Source: Chiloscyllium plagiosum
Taxonomy: Eukaryota
NCBI RefSeq assembly: GCF_004010195.1
Contig: NC_057720.1
Location: 28,104,315-28,158,157 of the forward strand
Reading direction: 5' to 3'
DNA length: 53,843 nucleotides
How positions within the stretch are numbered: position 1 is the first letter of the stretch; each line of letters starts with the position of its first letter. This document shows, piece by piece, positions 35,664-46,889 of the stretch. The notes beneath the pieces are model-generated. The model made no database searches. It was not told the DNA's origin and was given only the letters and a program-made list of their open reading frames with translations. The translations under genes were made by a program, and so were the position numbers.

Positions 35664-37749
35664 TTTTGCTGCTCCTTGGATGCTGCCTGAACTGCTGTGC
35701 TCTTCGAGCACCACTAATCCAGAATCTGGTTTCCAGCATCTGCAGTCATTGTTTTAGCTATAGGTTTATAAAAGGTAGGTCATGCCTGCCATCCCCATAG
35801 TGTTTTTTGAAGGGAGTCAAAAGTGGTGGATAGATATAAGTTTATGCATGCTGTTTTTCTGGACTTTGAGAAGATTTTTGATGAAATCCCACTCTGTTAG
35901 CTAAGGTGGAAGCCCATGGTACTAAGGACCTATTACTGACATGGATAGGAAATTGGTTGAGCGGCAGGAAATAAGGTTGGAATAATTGGCAAGGACTCAC
36001 GTTTGCAGGACATGAGCAGTGGTACCCCACAGGTGTCTGTTTTGGGGCATCAATTATTCACAATATTAATTACTAACTTGGATAATGGCAAAAAGTCAAA
36101 TATCCAAATTTGCTGATGACTCAAAATTGGGCATCATTGTAGACAGTGTTGATGATAGCATACAATTACAACAGGGTACTCCTAGATAAGATGAATGGGC
36201 AAAGGTGTGCCAGATGGATTTTAATGCAAGCAAGTATGAGGCTATCCATGCTGGAATGAGAATGGATGGATCAGGGTTATATTTAGAAGGCACAATGCTA
36301 AATACAATGAATGTTTATTGAGATTTTGGTGTTTAGGTGTATAGCTATTTAAAATGTGATGAACAGATTTAAAAAATATAGTCAAGAAGGCTAATGAAAT
36401 GCTGAGCTTCACATCAAAAGGGCTGGAGTTTAGGAATGCAGATGTATTACAGTTATACAAAACCCTAGTTCGACCCCCCCTGCCCCACTTAGAGGATCGT
36501 GAGCAGATCTGTTTTGGCCTCGAAAGGATTTCATCGCAGGTTTATAAGAATGATACCTGGACTTCAGGCATTAAGTTATGAGGAGAGATTGAACAAATTA
36601 TGTCTTTATTCTTTGGAATTTAGAAAGTTAAGAGGTGATCTAATCAAGGTCTTCAGAATATTAACAGGGAAAGGCAGGGGAAATAAAAATAAGCTATTTC
36701 TACTGATTGAAGATGCTAGAACCAGGGCGCATAGTCTTGAGAATTAGGGCCAGATCATTCAGGAGAGATTTTCAGAAGCAGTTTTTCTCATTAGGAATAG
36801 TGCAGGTTTGGAACTCTCTTCTTCAAATGGCAGTTGATGCTAATTCATTTGATAATTTAATTTGATAATTTAATTTTTATGAAGGGTTGAAGGAATATGG
36901 GCCCAAGGCAGGCAGGTGGGGATACAGCTTTATTGAATGGTGGAGCAGACTTGGGACTGAATGATCTACTCCAAGCGTAAACATAATGATCAACAAAACT
37001 TCATTTTAAGTATCTTCTGTTAATGTAATAAACACTGATTTTTATGATGTTGTTTTAAAAATGAAAACAAAATTATAACTTTGTTTCATTATTGGGGCAT
37101 GAAAAAGGAAAAATTTTTTGTCCTTTATAATAAAATAGTATGTTTTTGATCTTGTAATGTTTTTTGATTTTATGCTTTGCTGAAGAGGAGGGAGTGATGA
37201 GGATTGCTTGTAGTTAATGTTGGTATTTAGATACATACACACAAATACTTACCACATTAGCTGTTGCTTAATTTGTATTGTTTCGTTTTCAGCTGCAATG
37301 CAGCAATTTCTTTCACTGGCAGAAGTGATTCATAGCGGTTGACATTTTAAAAGATATTAATTTGGAAATAGTTCTGGTTGCATTATCAACCTATTTAAGA
37401 AGAGTGATTTCAAAGACTCAGCAATAATCATTCTTCAAGCTACTTAATCTGCAAAAATGTGTTGTTTCTCATTGTGATCTTTGGCAGTCCCCCAGGATTA
37501 AGGATGATTTGGGTTCAATCTAATTTGATGGATTCTAAAATTGCTGTTCAGTCCAATGCATAATCTGCAGACCCTGCCACATGAGGTAGGTGGTGCTTGA
37601 AAAATTAGGTAGATGTTTATTTGGAGGTATATATTCTCCCTCTGAAGCCTTGAATTCACCTCTGCAAATTAGTGGTGAAATACTCTCATTGTGGTCAGAT
37701 GCTTCCCAAATTAGGCATCTGCATTTTGGTCAGTCACAGATCAGGGTCA

Positions 37750-37940
37750 AAAGGAGAAAGTGAGGTCTGCAGATGCTGGAGATCAAAGTTGACACTTTAT
37801 TGCTGGAACAGCACAGCAGGTCAGGCAGCATCCAGGGAACAGGAGAAGGGCCTGAAGAAGGGCCTGTGCCCGAAACGTCGAATCTCCTGTTCCCTGGATG
37901 CTGCCTGACCTGCTGTGCTGTTCCAGCAATAAAGTGTCAA
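37750..37940. mobile_element. Palindromic PLE-tail mini-insertion with an intact HHR core
   Basis: Inverted arms; core CTGAAGA-A-GGGC CTGT GCCC-GAAAC-GTC at 37852-37879; TSD CACAGATCAGGGTCA at 37735-37749 and 37941-37955. Confidence 0.92.
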
Positions 37941-38019
37941 CACAGATCAGGGTCACCCAAGAGAACACTGAGTATGTTTTCCTTCTTCAGGTTGTCTTCC
38001 AATCCACTTTTACAGCAAA

Positions 38020-38280
38020 ACACCTCTTATTATTGGATAAAATCATTGGTAAGATTGCAGAAAATGTGGACCATTTTCCATAACTTGGGGAGTTTTTTTC
38101 TCTATGATCAAGAAATGCTTCAACACCACCAACATGCCAGATCAGCCTTTATCCTATTGAGGAAAAGAGTTGATGACCAGGAACTCTAACCTGTGACTTA
38201 AGGTCATGGTTTACCAGGCAGCAGTGATCCTTGTGCTCCTATATGTTTTGGCAACTAAGGTGATCCACAGCAGGCACCTT
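38020..38280 (+). mobile_element. RTE-clade LINE fragment
   Basis: ENVDHFP*LGS, ARSAF.LLRKRV.DQEL and KVMVYQAAVILVLLY are characteristic of the RTE post-RT region. Confidence 0.7.
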
Positions 38281-39510
38281 TGGATTAATTAATAAGATAA
38301 GACTCCATGGTATTGGAAGTAGAGTATAAGCATGGATAGAGGATTGAATATCTAATGGAAGACAGTCAGGGTAAGTGGAGTATTTTCAGGATGGCAGCCT
38401 GTAACCAGTGGAGTGACACAAGGATTGATGCTGAGGCCACAATTATTTATTTATTACAAGTGGAAAAGGTTTACAGAAAGCTAAGGAACAGAGGGATTTG
38501 CGAGTCCTTGTGCATGAATCACAAACCTGGATGCCCAGTTCAGGAAGTATTTGGGAAGGTAAATGGAATGTTTTATTTCAAAGGGAATGGATATGGAAGT
38601 AGGGAGGTTTTGCAAGAATTATTTAAGGCACTAGTCAGATCACAGATGGAATACTGTGAACAGTTTGGACTCTTATCTAAGGAAAGATAAATTCGAGGCA
38701 GACCAGAGAAGGTTCACAAGGCTGACATCAAATATGGATTAGAATGGTGCTGGAAAAGCACAGCAGTTCAGGCAGCATCCGAGGAGCAGGAAAATCGATG
38801 TTTCAGGCAAAAGCCCTTCATCAGGAATACATCAGGAATACCTCTCCGCCCCCACCCCCTCTCCGGCCTATCACCCTCACCTTAACCTCCTTCCACCTAC
38901 CACATTCCCAAAACCCCTCCCCCAAGTCCCTCCTCCCTACCTTTTATCTTAGCCTGCTTGGCACACCTTCCTCATTCCTGAAGAAGGGCTTATGCCCAAA
39001 ACGTCGATTCTCCTGCTCTTTGGATGCTGCCTGACCTGCTGTGATTTTCCAGCAACACATTTTTCAGCTCTGATCTCCAGCATCTGCAGTCCTCACTTTT
39101 TCCTCTACTCATTGGAGTTTAGAAGACTGAGAAGCAACCTTAATGAAACAGACATGATTCTTAGGTGACTTAACAGGCTCGATGATGAAATGTTGTCTTC
39201 CTCTTGTGTGAGAGTTAAAGATGAGAGGGCATGTTCTCAGTAAGTGGTCACACATATATGACAGAAGTGAGAGGAAATTTCTTCTCAGATGGTAGTTAAT
39301 ATGTGAAATTCTTTATCACAGAGCCATTGATGCTGGGTCAATAAGTATGTTCAAGACTGAGATACAGTTTTTAATCAGTGGGAGAAACTAGGGTTATAGA
39401 AAAAGGAAGGAAAGTGGAGTTGCAGATTACTAGTTCAGCATGATCTCTTTGAATGGTGGAGCAGACTTAGTGAGCTGAATGGCCTACTTCTCCTCTGTCT
39501 TATCATCTCA
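38281..39510 (+). mobile_element. Old CR1 3' part with deletions
   Basis: LFKALVRSQMEYCEQF, 3' UTR GAATGGCCTACTTCT; interrupted by PLE tails. Confidence 0.75.
38737..39103. mobile_element. Composite of two opposed PLE tails from different subfamilies
   Basis: Minus tail 38737-38830 (type of 35630-35720) joined through duplicated CATCAGGAATA to a plus tail 38842-39103 (type of 53563-53843); both HHRs carry point mutations. Confidence 0.85.
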
Positions 39511-39621
39511 GTCAACTACTTTTCAGACCACATTTGGAAACATTGCCCTACCAAAGAGAAAAACAAAATTGCTGAGTGACGTCAGTGTAATAACTCACCC
39601 TTCCCACAGGACGCATAGGGC

Positions 39622-39958
39622 ATAGATTCCCTACAGTGTGGAAACAGGCCCTTCAGCCCAACAAGTCCTCACCGACCCTCTGAAGAGCAACCCACCCATT
39701 CCCCCTACCCTATATTTACCCCTGACTAATGCACCTAACCTACACATCCCTGAACACCATGGGCAATTTAGCATGGCCAATTCACCTAACCTGCACATCT
39801 TTGTACTGTGGGAGGAAACTGGAGCACCCAGAGGAAACCCATGCAGACACGGGGAGAATATGCAAACTCCACACAGACAGCTGCCCAAGGCTGCAACAAA
39901 CCCGGGCCCCTGGTGCTGTGAGGCAGCAGTGCTAACCACTGAGCCACTGTGCTGCCCC
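39622..39958 (-). mobile_element. HE1 SINE (older subfamily)
   Basis: Head, V-domain and tail as in the other copies. Confidence 0.9.
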
Positions 39959-40249
39959 ATGTGGGTGTCAGAGAATTATAGCTCCATGATGAGAGATTTT
40001 CTTTCTGTTTAATTCTTTGTCTGGAGTATCTTGTTTCTTTCACTTATACTTGAGACTGGAATATTGAAAGGTCGAAGCTTAAAATTTGTAATGAAGCATA
40101 GTTCAAAATGATAAGCAATATGCAATAAATTTAGAAATTTAGTTAGAATACCCTATTTGCTATAGAAGAGGACCATTTGCACCACATTATTATATAATCA
40201 GTTTTTTGCTGGATCAGTGTCCAAAATCAGCATTGATTGTATATGCATT

Positions 40250-41315
40250 ACATAGAACAGAGAACAATACAGCACAGAACAGGCCCTTAGGCCCTCGATG
40301 TTGCGCCGACTTGTGAGCCAGTCTAAGCCCATCACCCTACACTAGTCCATCACCATCCATACGCTTATCCAAGGACTGTTTAAATGTCCCTAATGTGGGA
40401 GTTAACTACATTTGCAGGCAGGGCATTCCTCGCCCTTACCAGTCTGAGTATAGAACCTGCCTCTAACATCTGTCTTAAATCTATCATCCCTCAATTTGAA
40501 GCTATGCCCCCTCATAGAAGCAGATGTTATCATCCTAGGAAAAAGACTCTCACTGTCCACCCTATCTAATCCTCTGATCATCTTGTATGTCTCTATTAAA
40601 TTGCCTCTTAGCCTTCTTCTCTCCAATGAGAACAGATCCAAGTCCCTCAGCCTTTCTTAAGACCCTCGCTTCAGACCACGTAACATCCTGGTAAATCTTC
40701 TCTGCACCTTTTCCAATGCTTCCACGTTCTTCCTGTAATGGGGCGACCAGAACTGCACACAATACTCCCAAGTGAGGCAGCACTAGCGTTTTGTACAGTT
40801 GCAGATGACATCATGGCTCTGGAATTCGATCCCTTTTTCAATAAAACCTAACGCACTGTATGCTTTCTTTACAGCACTGTCAACCTGGGTGGCAACTTTG
40901 AGGGATCTATGTACATGGACACCAAGATCCTTCTGCGTATCCACACATTCAAGAATCCTTCCATTGACCCAATATTCTGCCTTCCTGTTATTCTTCCCAA
41001 AGTGAATCACCTCACATTTATCTGCATTGAACTGCATTTGCCACCTCTCTGCCCATTTCTGCAGTTTATCCAAGTTTCCCTGATAACATTCTTCCACACT
41101 GTCCACCACTCCACTGACTTTAGTGTCATCTGCAAACTTACTAACCCATCCACTTATGCCTGCATCCAAGTCGTTTATAAAAATGACAAACAGCAATGTA
41201 CCCAAAACAGATCCTTGCAGCACACCACTGGTAACCGGACTCTAGGCTGAATTTTTTCCATCAACCAGTACTCGTTGCCTTCTTACAGAAAGCCAGTTTC
41301 TAATCCAAACTGCTA
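40250..41315 (-). mobile_element. CR1 LINE 3' ~1 kb
   Basis: [41 protein letters not shown]-type tail. Confidence 0.93.
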
Positions 41316-42444
41316 AACGCATTCATGCTGTACTGGCTCCAGAATATTCTACTTGGCTTGAAGATTCATTTGAATAACTAGGAAGTGAGCTAAACAGTTT
41401 TTTCTGCACATTAGAGTAAAAAAAAAGCAAGATTTTAAGCCCTATTGGGGTCAGGAACAGAGACGGGTGGCTGTCAGAAAATATTCCAGCTCCCTATTTC
41501 TATCCCATCTCTGACCATTTTTGTGAAGGTGGAATGGTGTTGACGTAGCTACCCATCCGCTTGGGTATGGCCAATGTGGCTTAATTGGGGCTACTTCATA
41601 GTAATTAAAGGAGCCCAACGGGATTTTCCTGTACTCTTCCAGGTTTCCACAGATTGAGTTCCAATTAATGTGCCTCGAGGTGGCATGCCCAATTGGATTG
41701 AATTGCCCTTCCTGACAGTGTGATTGCTGCAGTACCTGCGAGCTACTCTTTAGAGGTGCTTTGTCTGTTCCCACTTTGGTCATTTGCCTCAAAAAAAACA
41801 AAATTTAATGAAATTGAAAAGGGTGCTTTCATCTTGTAGCACACTTCCCCATACTTCTGTTGCAGCCTGCCGGCACAGGTACATTAAGAAACACATTCAT
41901 AACATCACTTTTGATTATTCTACAATAATTACATCACAAGCAAGTAAAATAATGTTATAAATATACCACTGCAGGACTACAAACTTAGTACATTAAGATC
42001 AACATATAAGACGAGACATCAGACAGGAATTTCAAAGTCTTGTAAACCTCTGTATGAAACCTCTATTTTATAAATCACCTGAACCTTGTGATGTTACTTT
42101 ACAAGAACTCGTTATATAATTGCATTATAGACAGTATGACTCCGTTTTTGGGTAATGTGTCCAACTCCACAATCTAAACATTAAACTGTGTCATGTGGCA
42201 GTTGCACAATAAAAGCATAATTTGCTATTTGTATACTTAATAACCTGGAGAAAAGTATAACATCTGTATAACTGACATTTTGTAGAAAGATGATTTAAAT
42301 TTTAGTTCACACGTGCTCATAAAGTAGCTCGCAGCTACTGCAGCAATCGCACTGTCAGTTCTAAATATAACTAGTTTAGCTGCCATATTGTTTAATAAAT
42401 AGTATTTTAACCTAATTAAATATTGTCCCAGCCAACCTGAATAG

Positions 42445-42626
42445 ATAACAAAAACAGAAATTGCTGGAGAAAGTTAGCTCATCTGGCAGCATCTGTGCAG
42501 AGAAAGCAGAGTTAATGTTTTGAGTCTTGTTCTGAAGAAGGGACGCAGGCTTTAAATGTTACCTGTTTTCTCTCTACAGGTGCTGCCAGACCTGCTGAGT
42601 TTTTCTATTTTTGAACATTTCAGATC
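42445..42626. mobile_element. Old palindromic PLE-tail element
   Basis: TCTGGCAGCATCTGTGCAGAGAAA versus TTTCTCTCTACAGGTGCTGCCAGA inverted arms; decayed CTGAAGAAGGG core at the centre. Confidence 0.7.
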
Positions 42627-44061
42627 TACATTTATTGAAAGGATAAGCACTGAGGAACGGGTCATATCTGAGCAGGGGACGTGTTGTGCGGTTGTGTTTG
42701 GGATGCTGATATTTAGCATTGTATTACAAGAGAAACAGATGTATCATGTTACAGAACGAATTGTACATGTTGCAGTTGTATTTGTGCAGCATGATCAATG
42801 GCCTGATACTTAGTAAGTTGCAGGCCTGATGTTGAGTTCTTGTTTTTACTCTAAATGCACAGTTTTCAGTTTTGGACATCTGCAGCTGTGACACCTCTGC
42901 TAATTAAAAGATGTGTCATCGAGTTTTTCAAGTGCTTTGATGCTTTTAATAAAATGTCTAAGCGATATGTTTTTTGATATTTCTTTTCATAGCTATGAAA
43001 CGTGATTGAATAGCTAAGTTGAAAGGACCATCTGGTTAAGTTGCACAGTAACCCATGGACCTTGGGCAGTTTTGCGCAATAAAAATAATACAGTACACAT
43101 GTGCTGCTTATTAACTCCTGTGTTCAAAGTTATAGAGCAGTTACTACCCTTGAGCTCAGATTTCATTTTTTTTCAAAGTGGTTAAAAAAAATGTAATGGC
43201 TCATTTTCCTTTGTGCCAATTGACTCAAGATATGAATCTCTTGTGTATTGAGCATTGTATAATTTATAGTGGTTGAACCTGGTTTGTATATGTTTTTCAA
43301 AGACATTGGTACTCATAGTATTTGCTAGTCTTAAGACTTCTATTAAGTTAAAGTATGAATTTACCATTAGCATGGCCACAGAAAGCTATTAAGTTAAATT
43401 ACATAAATTTATTTACTACAAAACGTCAGCCATCTCAAATTTTTAAGTGACCAAATATCTCTACGCTGTATAACAATCCATTTTCTGAAGTATCAGGCTG
43501 AATGCTTTAATCTTATCTCCAGGACTGAGATTTACATTTTTTTGGCAAATTTCTTGACTGTTTGGCTTTTTGTTTAAATCCTTTTTGCCAGTGGTGTAGT
43601 TAAAATTAAACCAGATTTTGTCAGGTGGTTGCCTCTTTAAGAATCATCCATTGCTGCCATTATCTTTGATATGAAATGAATGAAATAACTACCTCCATGC
43701 TACAGGTACCTTTCTATCATGGGTCTTCACATTACAACATCCCTTTAAATGTGGCTTCACTTTTGGTGAAATCTATACTGCACATAAAACCCATGCAAAT
43801 CTCAGTTGGAAAACAAAAGAAAAAAAAAGTGTATTGCAGAATTCTTGAATGGAGTTTAAATTTGAAATAATTATATGTTTTATAGAAAAATGGAGTACAA
43901 AGTATTTAAAGGTAAAAGAAAGTGCCTGAATATTGGAAAGAAGTAGTCACTCCTAAGGATGACTCAACCTAAATGTTAAACTGGAAGAAATTATGCCTCA
44001 CTGAAAGCTGAGTGTTGGACAAGTGCTTGCACAACATAGATGTTGTGGAGCTCTCAACATA

Positions 44062-44366
44062 CGGCACGGTGGCACAGTGGTTAGCACTGCTGCCTCACAG
44101 CGCCAGAGACCCAGGTTCAATTCCTGCCTCAGGCGACTGACTGTGTGGAGTTTGCACGTTCTCCCCATCTCTGCATGGGTTTCCTTCGGGTGCTCCGGTT
44201 TCGTCCTACAGTCCAAAAGATGTGCAGGTCAGGTGAATTGGCCGTGCTAAATTGCCCATAGTGTTAGGTAAGGGGTAAATGTAGGGGTATGGGTGGGTTA
44301 CGCTTCGGCGGGTCGGTGTGGACTTGTTGGGCCGAAGGGCCTGTTTCCACACTGTAAGTAATCTAA
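44062..44366 (+). mobile_element. HE1 SINE, young
   Basis: Near-identical to 7007-7320. Confidence 0.92.
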
Positions 44367-44704
44367 TACATATGCTGACTTGTGCTTCCTGATAACGTTG
44401 TTAAGGGGCAGTGTGTAGGTGAGCGGGGATTCAAGATAGATTCTCAGATGCTCGTGTGGTAATAGTTTAGAATCCAAAAGAGAAGCCATCGTTGAAAGTG
44501 TTCTGGATTCAATTGGTTACGTTTGCGTAATCAGTTGTGGGCCATCACTGTTAATAATTGGAGGGGAGCAGTGCTGATGCTTGTATCAGAGGTTGAGGAT
44601 GATGATCCATGTTTACATAAATAATACAGTTACTGAAGATTCATTAATGACTTTCAGTCAGACTGGTTCAGTGATGTATGGTAGAACCCCATTTATTCAT
44701 GAAA

Positions 44705-45320
44705 GTAGATTCATAAAGTCACACAGCATGGAAACAGACCCTTCAGCCTAACTCATCCATGCTGACCAGGTTTCCTAAACTGGACTTGTCCCATTTGCCT
44801 GCATTTGGCCCATATCCTTCTAATTATTTCCTATCCATGTACTGTCCAAATGTCTTATACATGTTGTAATTGTACCCACCTCCATCACTTCTTCTGGCAG
44901 CTCATTCCATATTTCACCCTCTGTGTGAAAAATCTGCCTCTCTGGTCCTTTTTAAACCTCTCCCCTCTCCCCTTAAACCTATGCTGTAGTTTTGGATTCC
45001 CCTACCCTGAGGAAAAGAGTAGACTGCACCTTCCAAACCCATGATGACTACAACCAAGAAGGACAAGGCAGCAGATACATGGGAGCACCACAACCTGCAA
45101 GTTCTTCTTCAAACCATTCACTATCCTGAGTTGGAAATATATCACTGTTCATTCAGTATTATTGGGGCAAAGTCCTGGAATTCCCAACCTAACTGCATTG
45201 TTTGCTGACACCTTGCCTATGAACTGGGTGGTTTAAGAAGTCAGCTTACTATCACCACCTCAAAGGAAACTAGGGGTAGGTAATAAATGCTGGCCAGCCA
45301 GCGACCCTCCCATTTCGTCT
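44705..45320. mobile_element. Chimera: CR1 3' end (minus, to ~45020) joined to 3' end of the CR1-group LINE (plus, ~45020-45320)
   Basis: CAGCATGGAAACAGACCCTTC tail, then CCTTCCAAACCCATG...TAGGGGTAGGTAATAAATGCTGGCC tail. Confidence 0.8.
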
Positions 45321-45775
45321 TTAATTTAAAAAAAAATTAATGTCGACACAAGTGCCAATGTTTCAGCAGCTGAACTACTTCTGAACCACTCTTTTTAATT
45401 TTCTTAGCTTGTCAATCAATAGGATAATTTCCAATTTCACTAGTTTGAAATATTATTAAATTACCTGCACAAGAATATCGATCAGTAATTCAGTATGTGA
45501 AGCATGACTAAAAATTAATGGCTTCTTATTCTTTGGGTCACTTAAGGATGGGATTTTTAGTACAGATTTTGCCAGATTAATTTTTTAAAAATGTTTAATT
45601 TGCCCTGTAAACATTTTCAACTTTAGCAAGGTTCATCAGGGTAGTTAAATCTAATACATCAAAAGTAGCATCCGTTCCAATGTAAGTGCCCTGGAAAAAA
45701 ACTTGAATCCTGAACCTTAAGTCAGAGGCTAGTCATAGAGATATACAAAGGGAAACAGACCCATTGGTCCAACTT

Positions 45776-46109
45776 TGAAAAATGTGGTGCTGGAAAAACA
45801 CAGCAGGCCAGGCAGCATCCGAGGAGCAGGAGAATCGACGTTTCGGGCATAAGCCCTTTTTCAAGAATGAGGCTGGTGTGCCAGGCGGGTTGTACGGTTC
45901 AGAAGTAGTTCAGCTGCTGAAACATTGGCACTTGTGTAGACATTAATTTGTTTTTTAATTAATGCACGAGATGGGAGTGTCGCTGACTGGCCAGCATTTA
46001 TTACCTACCCCTAGTTTCCTTTGAGGTGGTGATAGTAAGCTGACTTCTTAAACCACCCCAGTTCATAGGCAAGGTGTCAGCAAACAATGCAGTTAGGTTC
46101 AGAATTCCA
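45776..46109 (-). mobile_element. PLE tail fused to an inverted copy of local DNA
   Basis: PLE tail 45776-45892; 45896-46109 is the reverse complement of 45176-45387; TSD GTCCAACTT at 45767-45775 and 46110-46118. Confidence 0.88.
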
Positions 46110-46889
46110 GTCCAACTTGTCCATGCTGACCAGATATCCTAAATTAATCTAGTCCCATTTGACCAATATCCCTCTAAATCCTTCTTTCTCATGTACCTGT
46201 ACAGATGTTTTTAAAATGTTGAAATTGTACCAGCCTCCACCACTTCCTCTGGCAGCTCATTCCATACAAACACATTTTGCATGAAAAAGTTGCCCCTGAG
46301 GTCCCTTTTAAATCTTTCTCATCTCACCCTAATTCTGTGCCCTCTAGTTTTGGACTCCATCAACCCAGGGAAAGGACCTCGTCTATTAACCCTATCCATG
46401 CCCTCATGATTTTATAAACCTCCTTTCAAGGTCACCCCTCAGCCTTAAATGCTGCAGGGAAAATAGCCCCAGTCTGTTCAGCTTCTTCCAGCAGCTCAAA
46501 CCCTCCAACCCTGGCAACATCCTTGTAAATCTTTTTGAAACCTTTCAAGTTTCACAACATCCTTCCTATGGGATGGACACCACAATTGCACACAATATTC
46601 CAAAAGTGGCCTAACCAATGTCCTGTACAGCCACAACATGACCTCCCAACCTATGCTGTAGTTTTGGATCCCCTACCCTGAGGAAAAGGGTAGACTGTAC
46701 CTTCCAAACCCATGATGACTACAACCAAGAAAGACAAGGGCAACAGATACATGGGAGCACCACAACCTGCAAGTTCTTCTCCAAGCTGCTCACTATTCAA
46801 GTTGGAAATATATCACTGTTCATTAAGTATTATTGGGGCAAGGTCCTGGAATTCCCAACTTAACTGCATTGTTTGCCTACAGCACAACA

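Larger units (their letters stand above)
34930..35759 (+). mobile_element. Neptune-type PLE, 5'-truncated, young
   Basis: RTPLVLTFHPTNLRINQIIRRH..QTDP..IF.SPP..RKDRSLRDYL (RT-EN linker), C-rich 3' region, HHR; TSD ATAGGTTTATAAAAG at 34915-34929 and 35760-35774. Confidence 0.9.
32440..36970 (+). mobile_element. Old CR1 LINE ORF2 and 3' UTR hosting four nested insertions
   Basis: Decayed EN (GHFNL..D, SDHNMIEF) and RT (KPENY*PVSLTS, SKFADDSK, LSYEERLNKL) in correct order. Confidence 0.85.

Noticed and set aside
29978..37940. MITEs or DNA transposons with terminal inverted repeats
   Set aside because: Arms are PLE 3' tails, are asymmetric at their outer ends, and each copy has a different centre.
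41440..41800. 116-aa minus ORF in a moderately GC-rich patch
   Set aside because: Probably an old unclassified repeat; no motif or splice support, and the family could not be assigned.
42556..42813. 85-aa ORF with an apparent acceptor at 42623
   Set aside because: The pyrimidine tract and AG belong to a PLE tail remnant; the peptide is not recognisable.
43182..43400. 65-aa minus ORF and repeated CTATTAAGTTAAA 13-mer
   Set aside because: AT-rich, weak splice signals, no further support.
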